Shown: positions 27,592 to 38,224 of the stretch, piece after piece
Numbering within the stretch: position 1 is the first letter of the stretch
Layout of the letters: every line of letters begins with the position of its first letter
NCBI GenBank assembly: GCA_031285625.1
Contig: JAITVV010000084.1
Coordinates: forward strand, 1 to 64,000
DNA: 64,000 bases
Reading direction: 5' to 3'
Source of the DNA: Prevotella sp.
GTDB taxonomy: Bacteria > Bacteroidota > Bacteroidia > Bacteroidales > Dysgonomonadaceae
Notes under the pieces: generated by a model
What the model was told of the DNA's origin: nothing
The model's input: only the letters and a program-made list of their open reading frames with translations
Databases searched by the model: none
Translations under genes and position numbers: made by a program

Positions 27592-29919
27592 ATGCTATTT
27601 AATAAGATTACACTCACTCTTTCACTATTGTTTATGAGCGGGATAGTATCTGCACAAGATAAGGCAAGATACGTCAATCCAATGATTGGAACAGTAAAAA
27701 TGGGCCATACCTTTCCGGGAGCATGCGTTCCCCATGGTATAGTCCAGCTGAGTCCTGATACAGATACTATCCCTCATAACGTCAATGGTGTATATCAGAA
27801 AGATACTTATAAGTACTGTGCAGGTTATCAACATGATGATAAAACCATAGTCGGATTCAGCCATACCCATCTCAGTGGTACAGGCCATTCCGATCTGGGT
27901 GATATTCTGATAATGCCAGCTACAGGGACTTTAAAGTTCAATCCGGGAACAGCCAGTAATCCTGATGCGGGCTATCGTTCACGCTTTTCGCATGATACAG
28001 AATCAGCACGTCCTGGCTTTTACGAAGTTACACTGGATGACTATAAAGTAAAAGCACAACTGACTGCAACCGAAAGAGTAGGTATCCATAAATATACATA
28101 TCCAAATAATGAGGTACAAAAAATACTTCTCGACCTTACCCATGGTATCTACAACTATGATGGAAAAGTTCTATGGGCAAGCCTGAGAGTGGAAAATGAC
28201 ACCTTAATTACAGGCTATCGCATCACAAACGGATGGGCGCGGGAGAATTACACCTATTTTGCTATTTCTTTATCCAAGCCTATTAAAAACTATGGTTATG
28301 TAGATAAGGAAAAGCCTAAATATACCGGCTTTTGGAGAAAATTCAACCTACATAAAAATTTTCCGGAAATAGCAGGACAGAAAATTGTTTCTTATTTCGA
28401 ATTTGATTCAGATGCTTCCACTCCGCTAATAATGAAGGTAGCTTTATCTGGAGTCAGTACACAAGGAGCCGTAAAAAATCTGGAAGCGGAAACAAAAGGA
28501 AAATCATTTGATCAGATTGTAGCCGAAGCATTCTCTAAATGGGAAAAAGAACTTGAGGTAATCGATGTGCAGGGTAATGAGGATCATAAAACGATGTTCT
28601 ACACTTCACTTTATCATACTATGATAAACCCGTCTGTATATATGGACGTAGATGGACAATATAGAGGGATAGATCATAACATTCATCAGGCTGAAGGATT
28701 CACTAATTATACTATCTTTTCTGTATGGGATACATACAGAGCTCTACACCCTCTATTCAACCTGATCAACAGGGATCGTAGTGTAGATATTGTAAATTCT
28801 ATGCTTGCCCACTATGAGCAGAGTGTACATAAGGCTCTGCCTGTTTGGTCACATATGGGAAATGAAAACTGGTGCATGATTGGTTATCATTCTGTTTCGG
28901 TACTTGCCGATGCTATCGACAAAGGGCTGAACATTGATAAGAAAAAAGCACTCGAGGCTATGGTAAACAGTTCTAATGTAGATTACTATGATGGCACAGG
29001 TGAATATAAGAGACTGGGCTATGTCCCCGTTGATAAAAGTGGAAGCGGATCTTCCATCACCCTCGAATATTCATACGATGACTGGACAATCTACAATACA
29101 GCTTTGAGCATGAATGACCAAAAAGTGGCTGATACATATAAGAAAAGAGCTCTCAACTATCATAATGTATTTGACCCTCAACTCGAATTTGTACGTGCCC
29201 GTATGAGTGATGGCAGTTGGAAAACTCCATTCAACCTATTGGATACCCATGGACAAGGCTTTATAGAAGGTAATTCATGGAATTACTCATTCTATGTGCC
29301 CCATGATGTGAAGGGACTGATAAACCAGATGGGAGGAGACAAACAGTTTGTACAGCGTCTCGACTCTCTTTTTACAATGCACTTGCCAGATGAATTCTTT
29401 GCCGACACAGAAGATGTTACACGCGAAGGAGTTATGGGAAATTATGTTCACGGAAACGAGCCAAGTCATCATATAGCCTATTTGTATGCATGGACATCAC
29501 AACCATGGAGAACCCAGTATTGGGTACGCGAAATAATGAACCGCATGTATCGTAATAGTATAGACGGACTTTGCGGAAATGACGATTGCGGGCAAATGTC
29601 TGCATGGTATATTTTCTCAGCTATGGGCTTCTATCCTGTTTGTCCGGGTTCAAACCAGTATATTCTGGGAGCACCTTACTTCCCATATATGAAAGTAAAA
29701 GTAGGCAATGGAAAATATCTTGAAATAAAAGCAAATAATGTGAGTGACAAAATGCGATACGTAAAATCGGTAAAACTAAATGACAAGCCGTATACGAAAG
29801 CATATATAACTTATGATGATATAAAGAATGGAGCTGAACTAACTTTTGAAATGTCAGCCTCGCCAAACAAAAAAAGGGTATATAGTGAAGAAGACAAACC
29901 TTATTCATTATCCCGATAA
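27592..29919 (+). CDS. GH92 alpha-mannosidase
   Basis: YVNPMIGT..GHTFPGA..P.G.VQLSPDT, FSHTHLSGTG, HGNEPSHH, GNDDCGQMSAWY. Confidence 0.95.
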   Translation: MLFNKITLTLSLLFMSGIVSAQDKARYVNPMIGTVKMGHTFPGACVPHGIVQLSPDTDTIPHNVNGVYQKDTYKYCAGYQHDDKTIVGFSHTHLSGTGHSDLGDILIMPATGTLKFNPGTASNPDAGYRSRFSHDTESARPGFYEVTLDDYKVKAQLTATERVGIHKYTYPNNEVQKILLDLTHGIYNYDGKVLWASLRVENDTLITGYRITNGWARENYTYFAISLSKPIKNYGYVDKEKPKYTGFWRKFNLHKNFPEIAGQKIVSYFEFDSDASTPLIMKVALSGVSTQGAVKNLEAETKGKSFDQIVAEAFSKWEKELEVIDVQGNEDHKTMFYTSLYHTMINPSVYMDVDGQYRGIDHNIHQAEGFTNYTIFSVWDTYRALHPLFNLINRDRSVDIVNSMLAHYEQSVHKALPVWSHMGNENWCMIGYHSVSVLADAIDKGLNIDKKKALEAMVNSSNVDYYDGTGEYKRLGYVPVDKSGSGSSITLEYSYDDWTIYNTALSMNDQKVADTYKKRALNYHNVFDPQLEFVRARMSDGSWKTPFNLLDTHGQGFIEGNSWNYSFYVPHDVKGLINQMGGDKQFVQRLDSLFTMHLPDEFFADTEDVTREGVMGNYVHGNEPSHHIAYLYAWTSQPWRTQYWVREIMNRMYRNSIDGLCGNDDCGQMSAWYIFSAMGFYPVCPGSNQYILGAPYFPYMKVKVGNGKYLEIKANNVSDKMRYVKSVKLNDKPYTKAYITYDDIKNGAELTFEMSASPNKKRVYSEEDKPYSLSR

Positions 29920-29984
29920 CCGGCTACTTTAATTCATAAAGTTTATCATTATTATAGTTATTTGAATAGAATAAAAGTTCAAAA

Positions 29985-30036
29985 AAGGTAACAATTAAAA
30001 ACGATAAAAAAACTGTCACTTTTGTTACTTTTTATT
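29985..30036. repeat. About 52-bp dispersed intergenic repeat, copy 1
   Basis: AAGGTAACAAT...AAAACTGTCACTTTTGTTACTTTT; its reverse complement matches 47233-47284. Confidence 0.7.
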
Positions 30037-30056
30037 AGAGATCCATTTTATAAAAA

Positions 30057-32414
30057 ATGAGCAACATGTATAAGTATCTTAAAATAATCATACTAGCTAC
30101 TACACTACTATCTGCATGTACAGAAAAAAAAGAGAGTGATACATCTGTAGATATGTCGTTAAATGCCTATGTAAATCCTTTCGTTGGAACATCCGGTTTT
30201 GGAAATGTATATCCCGGTTCACAAATCCCTTTTGGCGGTATACAAATGAGTCCCGACACGGACAAAGATTATTATGATGCGGCTTCGGGATATAAGTATA
30301 ACCACATGACTATAATGGGATTCAGCCTGACTCACCTTAGTGGTACCGGTATTCCTGATTTAGGAGATTTCCTCTTTATACCGGGTACAGGAACAAAAAA
30401 GTTTATTTCCGGAACTCATGAAAACCCGGATGAAGGCTATCGTTCACGCTATACACATGATAGAGAGTGGGCATCACCTAACTACTATGGTGTCGATCTG
30501 TTGGACTATAATGTAAAAGCAGAAATGACATCAGGTATGCACTCAGGAATATTCAAGTTTACTTTTCCAAAAACAGACAGCTCATTTGTAATGATTGATA
30601 TGGATCATGTGCAATGGTTCAAAACTGCATGGTCACAATTAAGGATCGAGAATGACTCTACTATTTGCGGTTTCAAACTGGTTAACGGATGGGGACCTGA
30701 GCGATATGTATATTTTGTGGCGCAATTCTCTAAGCCTTTTGCCAGGTCAGGCATTATGCAAGACGGTAAACCTGTTATTTACGACACCAAGCGTTTCCGC
30801 AGCGACCGCGTAGCATATGGAAATAAAATCATGGGATGGTTTGACTTCCAGACATCCGAGAACGAGGAAATAGAAGTTAAAGTGGCCATATCATCTACAG
30901 GTACATCCGGCGCGTATACAAACCTTAAAGAAATAAAATCTCAAAATTTTGATAGCCTGAAGAAAGGCGGTGAAAAATTGTGGGCAAAAGAACTGGCTAA
31001 ATTCAAGGTAAAAGGTACAAAGGAACAAATGGAAACATTTTATACTTCTGTCTACCATGCTTCCCTTCACCCTTTTGTATACGAGGATGCAGACGGCAAG
31101 TATAGAGGTCATGATTCGAACATACATCAAAAGAACAAATTTACCAATTATACTGTATTCTCGCTATGGGATACCTATCGTGCGCATCATCCATTACTTA
31201 ATCTGATCAATCCCGGGAGAAATGCAGATATGATCAATTCTATGCTGGCACACTACGACCAAAGCGTGGAACATATGCTACCTATCTGGTCATTCTATGG
31301 CAATGAAACATGGTGTATGATTGGCTATCATGGGGTATCGGTTATAGCGGATGCTATTGTAAAAGATATAAAAGGTTTCGATAAAGAACGGGCGTATGCT
31401 GCAATAAGAGAAACGGCGATGAACCCTAATTATGACTGTCTTCCGGAATATACGGAAATGGGATGGGTGCCTTTTGACAAAGAACGCGAATCTGTATCTA
31501 AAACACTGGAATATGCATATGATGATTATTGCATTGCTATGGCAGCAAAGAAATTGGGGAAAGAAGAGGACTATCAATATTTCCTAAATCGCTCACTTGC
31601 ATACCAAAATATAATTGACCCTGAATCCAAATTTATGCGTGGACGCGACTCTGAAGGCAACTGGCGTACACCATTTGATGCTGTAGCCTATACAGGCCCT
31701 GGCTCTGTACATGGTTGGGGAGATATTACCGAAGGATTTACTTATCAATATACATGGTATGTACCACAAGATGTTCAAGGATATATTAACGAAATGGGTA
31801 AAGAAACTTTTATACAACGTCTTGATGATATGTTTACGATGGAACTACCGGAAGATATACCCGGCGCACACGATATACAAGGACGTATTGGGGCATACTG
31901 GCATGGCAATGAACCTTGTCATCAGATAATTTACTTGTATAACTATGTGAAACAACCATGGAAAGCTCAGGAAAAAATCCGCTACGTATTGGATACATTT
32001 TATGGTAACAAGCCCGATGCACTCAGTGGGAACGATGATTGCGGACAAATGTCTGCCTGGTATATATTCAATTGTATGGGCTTCTACCCTACTTGTCCGT
32101 CCAGTAATATTTATGCTATAGGCTCTCCGGGAATGGAATCTGTAGAGATGACCTTAGGCAATGGTAAAAAAGTATCTGTAACAACAGAAAATTACAGTAA
32201 GCAAAATGTATACATACAAGCTATGTACCTGAATGGAAAAGAGTATAACAAAACATACATCACTTATGACGATATAAAAAACGGTGCTGATATAAAATTC
32301 GTACTGGGTACTAACCCTAATATGTCGTGGGGGGTAGCTGACGAATCTGTAGCGCCTTCGTTATCAAAACCGGGAGAAACATTACAATATATTAAAAATA
32401 AAAAAATCGAATAA
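30057..32414 (+). CDS. GH92 alpha-mannosidase (lipoprotein)
   Basis: Lipobox LSAC; YVNPFVGT, QMSPDT, HGNEPCH, GNDDCGQMSAWY. Confidence 0.95.
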   Translation: MSNMYKYLKIIILATTLLSACTEKKESDTSVDMSLNAYVNPFVGTSGFGNVYPGSQIPFGGIQMSPDTDKDYYDAASGYKYNHMTIMGFSLTHLSGTGIPDLGDFLFIPGTGTKKFISGTHENPDEGYRSRYTHDREWASPNYYGVDLLDYNVKAEMTSGMHSGIFKFTFPKTDSSFVMIDMDHVQWFKTAWSQLRIENDSTICGFKLVNGWGPERYVYFVAQFSKPFARSGIMQDGKPVIYDTKRFRSDRVAYGNKIMGWFDFQTSENEEIEVKVAISSTGTSGAYTNLKEIKSQNFDSLKKGGEKLWAKELAKFKVKGTKEQMETFYTSVYHASLHPFVYEDADGKYRGHDSNIHQKNKFTNYTVFSLWDTYRAHHPLLNLINPGRNADMINSMLAHYDQSVEHMLPIWSFYGNETWCMIGYHGVSVIADAIVKDIKGFDKERAYAAIRETAMNPNYDCLPEYTEMGWVPFDKERESVSKTLEYAYDDYCIAMAAKKLGKEEDYQYFLNRSLAYQNIIDPESKFMRGRDSEGNWRTPFDAVAYTGPGSVHGWGDITEGFTYQYTWYVPQDVQGYINEMGKETFIQRLDDMFTMELPEDIPGAHDIQGRIGAYWHGNEPCHQIIYLYNYVKQPWKAQEKIRYVLDTFYGNKPDALSGNDDCGQMSAWYIFNCMGFYPTCPSSNIYAIGSPGMESVEMTLGNGKKVSVTTENYSKQNVYIQAMYLNGKEYNKTYITYDDIKNGADIKFVLGTNPNMSWGVADESVAPSLSKPGETLQYIKNKKIE

Positions 32415-34702
32415 TGAAACATTTACAGCTTATATTATTGGGGTGCCTTATCAGCATACTCAGTATGAATGCTCAAAAAGGAGAACTCGTTGATTATGTA
32501 AACCCTTTGGTTGGAACTCAATCAAAACTTTCATTGTCCACCGGTAATACTTATCCTGCCATAGCTATGCCCTGGGGCATGAATTTCTGGATGCCACAAA
32601 CAGGTAAGATGGGCGACGGATGGGCATATACATATGATGCAGATAAAATCCGTGGATTTAAGCAAACACATCAGCCAAGCCCATGGATCAATGATTATGG
32701 TCAATTTGCGATCATGCCTGTTACAGGAAAAGTAGTATTTGATCAGGATAAACGCGCCAGCTGGTTCTCACATAAAGCAGAAGTTGCCAAACCATACTAC
32801 TACAGAGTATATCTGGCTGATCATGATGTAGTGACAGAAATTGCACCTACAGAACGTGCTGCTATGTTCCGTTTTACATTTCCGGAAAATGATAACTCAT
32901 ATGTAATTGTAGATGCTTTCGACAGAGGATCGTATATCAAAATCATACCCGAAGAAAACAAGATAATAGGTTATACTACCCGCAACAGTGGAGGTGTACC
33001 CGATAACTTCAAGAACTACTTTGTTGTAACATTTGATAAGCCATTTACATATAAAGCAACAGTCGGTGATAATGAGATAAGGAAGGGAGAAACAGAAGCG
33101 AAGGAAAATCATACCGGAGCTATTATCGGTTTCTCTACAAGAAAAGGAGAGATAGTACATGCCCGTGTAGCATCATCATTTATTAGCCCTGAGCAGGCTG
33201 AACTCAATCTAAAGGAATTAGGCAATAACACATTTGAAGAGGTTAAAGAGAGAGGACGAAGAACATGGAACGAAGTTTTAGGCCGGATTGTAGTCGAAGA
33301 TGATAACATCGACAATCTGCGTACATTCTACTCATGTTTGTACCGTTCGGTCTTATTCCCACGCAGTTTCTTCGAAATAGACGCTCAGGGCAAGGTGATG
33401 CACTACAGTCCATACAACGGAGAAGTACGTCCGGGATATATGTTTACGGATACAGGTTTTTGGGATACATTCCGCTGTCTGTTCCCATTCCTGAATCTGA
33501 TGTATCCGGATATGAATGTGAAAATGCAGGAAGGTTTGGTCAATACTTACAAGGAAAGCGGTTTCCTTCCTGAATGGGCCAGCCCGGGTCACCGTGGTTG
33601 TATGGTAGGTAACAACTCGGCATCGGTAGTCGCAGATGCTTACCTTAAAGGTCTTCGTGGATATGATATAGAAACACTTTGGGAGGCTGTTGTACATGGC
33701 GCTAATGCCGTACATCCTAAAGTAAAATCAACCGGCCGTTATGGTTGGGATTACTATAACAAACTCGGTTATGTGCCTTATGATGTAAAGATAAACGAAA
33801 GTGCAGCCCGCACATTGGAATATGCTTATGATGACTGGACTATCTATAAGCTGGGACAAGCATTAGGTAAACCACAGAGTGAAATTGAGATATTTGCCAA
33901 GCATGCCATGAATTATAAAAATCTTTATGATCCTGAGCATAAACTAATGCGTGGCAAAAACGAAGATGGTAAATTCCAGTCTCCATTCAATCCGTTGAAA
34001 TGGGGAGATGCATTCACTGAAGGTAATAGCTGGCACTATACGTGGTCGGTATTCCACGACCCACAAGGACTAATAGACTTAATGGGCGGAAAACAAGGAT
34101 TCAACCAAATGATGGATTCGGTATTCAATGTACCACCATTATTCGATGATAGTTATTATGGAGGTGTAATACACGAAATCCGCGAAATGCAGATTATGAA
34201 TATGGGTAACTATGCACATGGAAATCAGCCTATACAACACATGATATATATGTACAACTATTCTGCTGAACCTTGGAAGGCTCAATACTGGATTCGTGAG
34301 GTAATGGATAAATTATATACTGCAGCTCCTGACGGATATTGCGGAGATGAAGACAATGGACAAACATCAGCATGGTATGTATTCTCTGCATTAGGCTTCT
34401 ATCCAGTTTGTCCGGGTACTGACGAATATATTATAGGTTCTCCACTGTTTAAGAGTGTAACACTGAATCTGAACAACGGGAAGAAAGTGGTTATTAAAGC
34501 AGATAATGACAAATCTAAGAGATACGTATCATCTATGACAGTGAATGGTAAAAACCACACGAAGAATTACTTAACACACGATATATTAATGAAAGGGGTA
34601 AACATAAATTATAAGATGTCACAAACCCCTAATACCCAAAGAGGTATTCAAGACACTGATCTTCCATATTCATTTTCGAATGAATTGAAAGCAGGCAAAT
34701 AA
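32414..34702 (+). CDS. GH92 alpha-1,2-mannosidase-like
   Basis: STGNTYPAIAMPWGMNFW, THQPSPWINDYG, HEIREMQ, HGNQP, GDEDNGQTSAWY (BT3990-type motifs, from recall). Confidence 0.93.
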   Translation: MKHLQLILLGCLISILSMNAQKGELVDYVNPLVGTQSKLSLSTGNTYPAIAMPWGMNFWMPQTGKMGDGWAYTYDADKIRGFKQTHQPSPWINDYGQFAIMPVTGKVVFDQDKRASWFSHKAEVAKPYYYRVYLADHDVVTEIAPTERAAMFRFTFPENDNSYVIVDAFDRGSYIKIIPEENKIIGYTTRNSGGVPDNFKNYFVVTFDKPFTYKATVGDNEIRKGETEAKENHTGAIIGFSTRKGEIVHARVASSFISPEQAELNLKELGNNTFEEVKERGRRTWNEVLGRIVVEDDNIDNLRTFYSCLYRSVLFPRSFFEIDAQGKVMHYSPYNGEVRPGYMFTDTGFWDTFRCLFPFLNLMYPDMNVKMQEGLVNTYKESGFLPEWASPGHRGCMVGNNSASVVADAYLKGLRGYDIETLWEAVVHGANAVHPKVKSTGRYGWDYYNKLGYVPYDVKINESAARTLEYAYDDWTIYKLGQALGKPQSEIEIFAKHAMNYKNLYDPEHKLMRGKNEDGKFQSPFNPLKWGDAFTEGNSWHYTWSVFHDPQGLIDLMGGKQGFNQMMDSVFNVPPLFDDSYYGGVIHEIREMQIMNMGNYAHGNQPIQHMIYMYNYSAEPWKAQYWIREVMDKLYTAAPDGYCGDEDNGQTSAWYVFSALGFYPVCPGTDEYIIGSPLFKSVTLNLNNGKKVVIKADNDKSKRYVSSMTVNGKNHTKNYLTHDILMKGVNINYKMSQTPNTQRGIQDTDLPYSFSNELKAGK

Positions 34703-34756
34703 TGGATTTAATGGTAGTATTTTAGTTACACTTTGTTGATTTATGGATCACAAAGT

Positions 34757-34785
34757 AATAAACCCGGTTAATAGCCGGGTTTATT
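34757..34785. terminator. Bidirectional terminator
   Basis: AATAAACCCGGTTA/TAGCCGGGTTTATT between convergent genes. Confidence 0.8.
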
Positions 34786-34807
34786 TTATTATCTAATGTT
34801 AATACGT

Positions 34808-37234
34808 TTATCTTCTCATATCGTTAAACTCAACTATCTTGTCCATCACATTGTTTACTCTTTCTACTACACTAGTTGATGATAAGCTAAAGGCCTCAGT
34901 ATGTTTTATCTTCTGGGAAGAAGCTCCCACTTCGACTCTATATACTCCTTTATCGGCAATCCATGCAGACTGTTGTTCATTAAATGAAGCCAGATCTTTA
35001 GGTGTGATCCTAAAAACTAAAGTCTGGGCTTCGCCTGGTTGCAACAGCTTTGTCTTGGCAAAAGCTTTCAACTCTTTTACTGGCTTATCAATACTTCCCT
35101 GAGGAGCTGATAAATAAAGTTGTACAACTTCTTTTCCTGCTACACTTCCGGAATTCTTTATATCTATACTTACATATAATTCTTTATCAAAATCCCTGTC
35201 ATTCAATCTTATATTTGAATAGTCAAATTTAGTATAGGACAAACCATATCCAAATTCATATGCAGGTTTCACCCCGAATGAATCAAAGTAGCGATATCCT
35301 ACATAGACACCTTCTTTATACATCACATCGGTTGGTTTATCAGCAGGTAATCCCTGAAAATTATCAGCAGAAGAAACATCTTCATATCTCACAGGGAAAG
35401 TCATAGTTAATTTACCCGACGGATTTACTTTTCCGGTTAGTATATCTGCAACCGCATTTCCGCCTTCCTGCCCCGGTAACCAAGCCTGAAGAAGCGCATC
35501 AGTCTTGCCTTTCCAACTCTCGGTTTCAACCTGTCCTCCAACATTTATTACTACAACCACTTTTTTACCTAGTGCATGATATTGAGTCGACACCTTTTCT
35601 ATCAGGTCTTGCTCTTCTTTAGTCAGATAAAAGTCATCCTCAATTTTTCGGTCATCCATCTCCCCAGAACTTCTGCCTATTGTGATAATCGCCAGATCGT
35701 TATTCACAGCGCTTTCCCTGATCAATGATTCTTTCAGTTGAGGTTGAGGCATCAATGGGACTAAAGCTAAAGGGTTAGACTTCATCTGCTCTTTTACTCT
35801 GGCAGTTTCTTTTTCGACAAATGGTACATACAGATTGCTAAGCTTTTGATCTATTACATAACCTGCATTAGTCAATCCTTCAGTAAGAGATATCACATAC
35901 GCCTTATTAACATCACCACTGCCTGTACCTCCTGCTATAAAGCTATATGAGAGACTACCAAATACAGCTAGTTTATTCACGTTTGATGCTAAAGGCAATA
36001 CCCTATTGTTTTCCAATAATACCATTCCTTCGGCGGCAACCTGTCTTGCAACTAAAGCATGTGCTTTCAGGTCAGGTTTATTAGAAAATTTATAACCACG
36101 CATTGTATTAGAGGCAAATATCATATTCAATATCCGCTCAACACAAATATCCAAATCCTTTTCCGTTAAGCTCCCGGATTGTAGATCTTTTATAATATCT
36201 TGCTTTTGGGCAGGTATACCCGGCATCAACAAATCATTTCCGGCTTTAAGCTGTTGAGATGTATTATGTTCTACTGTCTTATTTTGTAAAGCCTTAAGAG
36301 CATCGCTATATCCGCCAAACCAGTCAGTCATCACTAATCCTCTAAACCCCCATTCGTCTCTCAGAATAGTTGTCAACAAATCATAATCGGCAAATGTATA
36401 TTTACCATTAATCTTATTATATGATGACATTATTGTAGCCGGATTAGATTCCTTAACTGCGATCTCAAAACCTCGCAAATATATTTCTCTCAAGGCTCTT
36501 TGTGATACATGAACGTTAAGATCCATTCTGTTTTTTTCGCTATTATTTGCAGCATAGTGCTTTAAAGATACACCCGAACCATTAGCTTGAATACCGTTGG
36601 TCATTGCTACCGCAATCTTACCTGAAACTACAGGATCCTCCGAATAGTACTCATAATTTCTACCACATAGAGGATTACGCATAATATTCAGTGCCGGAGC
36701 TAACTGAATATCCGAACCATACTCTAGGACTTCATTTCCTAAAGCTTCTCCCACTCTTTCTATCAACTTCGTATCCCATGTAGATGCGAGTAATGTTCCA
36801 ACAGGAAAGCCTGTTGCATAAAATGTATCTGATGTATTTTTACGGGTTGGGCTAATACGTACACCTGCAGGGCCATCAGTCATAACAATAGCCGGAATAC
36901 CATATTTTTCCAATGGGAAAGTTGTTCCCGCAGCACCCGGAACTAAGTATTCTGTTCCCCCGACAACCATACCCTGAATAAGCCCTTCAAAACCTTTCAT
37001 CCCGGTTCCCATTACAAGATCTATTTTCTCATCTATTGTCAAACGAGACATTAAATCAGCCGTACGCTTACTATCCGGCAAACGGATATCTTCATATGGT
37101 TGAAGCTTTCCATCCTTATTCAGATCTACGATCCGTACTCCATCTACTGTTATACATGACTTGGTTTGCGCTTGAGTATAAGATACAGAACTGAGCCCCA
37201 GTAAAAGCGAAAGAGCAATAGTATTTCTTTTCAT
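34808..37234 (-). CDS. GH3 beta-glucosidase with C-terminal Fn3-like domain
   Basis: Signal peptide from MKRNTIAL; DGPAG, GRNYEYYSEDP, LKHYAAN, VMTDW nucleophile, GKEVVQLY. Confidence 0.93.
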   Translation of the reverse strand: MKRNTIALSLLLGLSSVSYTQAQTKSCITVDGVRIVDLNKDGKLQPYEDIRLPDSKRTADLMSRLTIDEKIDLVMGTGMKGFEGLIQGMVVGGTEYLVPGAAGTTFPLEKYGIPAIVMTDGPAGVRISPTRKNTSDTFYATGFPVGTLLASTWDTKLIERVGEALGNEVLEYGSDIQLAPALNIMRNPLCGRNYEYYSEDPVVSGKIAVAMTNGIQANGSGVSLKHYAANNSEKNRMDLNVHVSQRALREIYLRGFEIAVKESNPATIMSSYNKINGKYTFADYDLLTTILRDEWGFRGLVMTDWFGGYSDALKALQNKTVEHNTSQQLKAGNDLLMPGIPAQKQDIIKDLQSGSLTEKDLDICVERILNMIFASNTMRGYKFSNKPDLKAHALVARQVAAEGMVLLENNRVLPLASNVNKLAVFGSLSYSFIAGGTGSGDVNKAYVISLTEGLTNAGYVIDQKLSNLYVPFVEKETARVKEQMKSNPLALVPLMPQPQLKESLIRESAVNNDLAIITIGRSSGEMDDRKIEDDFYLTKEEQDLIEKVSTQYHALGKKVVVVINVGGQVETESWKGKTDALLQAWLPGQEGGNAVADILTGKVNPSGKLTMTFPVRYEDVSSADNFQGLPADKPTDVMYKEGVYVGYRYFDSFGVKPAYEFGYGLSYTKFDYSNIRLNDRDFDKELYVSIDIKNSGSVAGKEVVQLYLSAPQGSIDKPVKELKAFAKTKLLQPGEAQTLVFRITPKDLASFNEQQSAWIADKGVYRVEVGASSQKIKHTEAFSLSSTSVVERVNNVMDKIVEFNDMRR

Positions 37235-37249
37235 TACAAATTCATTTAT

Positions 37250-37293
37250 AAAAAAATGTTGGGATAGCGCCATTAACGTGTATCCCAACATTT
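37250..37293 (-). terminator. Intra-locus terminator before the distal GH3
   Basis: AAATGTTGGGATA/TATCCCAACATTT stem with a T-run on the minus strand. Confidence 0.65.
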
Positions 37294-37305
37294 CCCTGCG
37301 TTTAA

Positions 37306-38100
37306 TTACTTACCTGAAACCAATTTACCCTTCTCTATATAGCTCATATCACCAAACGATTCCAACTTGAATTTGCCATCTTTATACGTTACCTTACATA
37401 CTGCAGCATTACCCATATGTCCTGCATCCGGTTTTTTACCATAACTATCCAGATCCGAAAGGAAAATTCCGATAGACATACCATGACCTACAAGCAGAAT
37501 ATTTCCACCTCCATTGGCGGCTTCTTTTTCTGCTATTTCACGAATAGCCTTTTGTCCTCTGGCCTTTACCTCATTGTAGTCTTCTCCGATTCCCAATGTT
37601 TCCAGAGCCTTGAATGAATCTACCATATCTTTTAACAACGCCGGATTCTTCTCCATAGCTGCCATCATCTCTTTATATGATTTATAATGAAGATACAGTG
37701 CTGCATCATTCCACATTTTGGGATTGAATTCGCCTTCATAACTACCGAAGTTAGTTTCGCGTACCCCTGGCACTTCTATCACAGCCATATTACCCTGTCC
37801 TTTTTTATCTAATACGATACGGGCTGTTTGGCGGGCACGTCCCAGATCACTGGAATATGCAGCTTTAAACTGTATACCGAGTTCTTTTAATCCTACACCT
37901 AGGTATTCAGCCACTTCTACTCCGGCTGGTGTAAGTGGTGTATCAGCCCATCCTTGTACACGATCCATTGTATTCAATATAGTTTTACCATGACGGGTAA
38001 AATAAAATGTAACAGTATTATCTTTAGAACCCTTTTGTGCAAAAGAGTATGGCATAATACCTAATAAAGCGACCAATAGTAATAATTTATATTTTTTCAT
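37306..38100 (-). CDS. Secreted histidine phosphatase (PGAM-like branch 1)
   Basis: Signal peptide; RHGKT, QGWADTPLT, SSDLGRARQTA, VGHG. Confidence 0.9.
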   Translation of the reverse strand: MKKYKLLLLVALLGIMPYSFAQKGSKDNTVTFYFTRHGKTILNTMDRVQGWADTPLTPAGVEVAEYLGVGLKELGIQFKAAYSSDLGRARQTARIVLDKKGQGNMAVIEVPGVRETNFGSYEGEFNPKMWNDAALYLHYKSYKEMMAAMEKNPALLKDMVDSFKALETLGIGEDYNEVKARGQKAIREIAEKEAANGGGNILLVGHGMSIGIFLSDLDSYGKKPDAGHMGNAAVCKVTYKDGKFKLESFGDMSYIEKGKLVSGK

Positions 38101-38224
38101 GTCTTATATTTTTAATTATTCTCTTAATGATTTTAAATGGCAGGTTATATAAATTACCCTGCCATTATTATAGAGTTGTTTTGTGTATTGCTGCATTGCA
38201 GCTATAAGGTTTAAGAGAGTCCTT

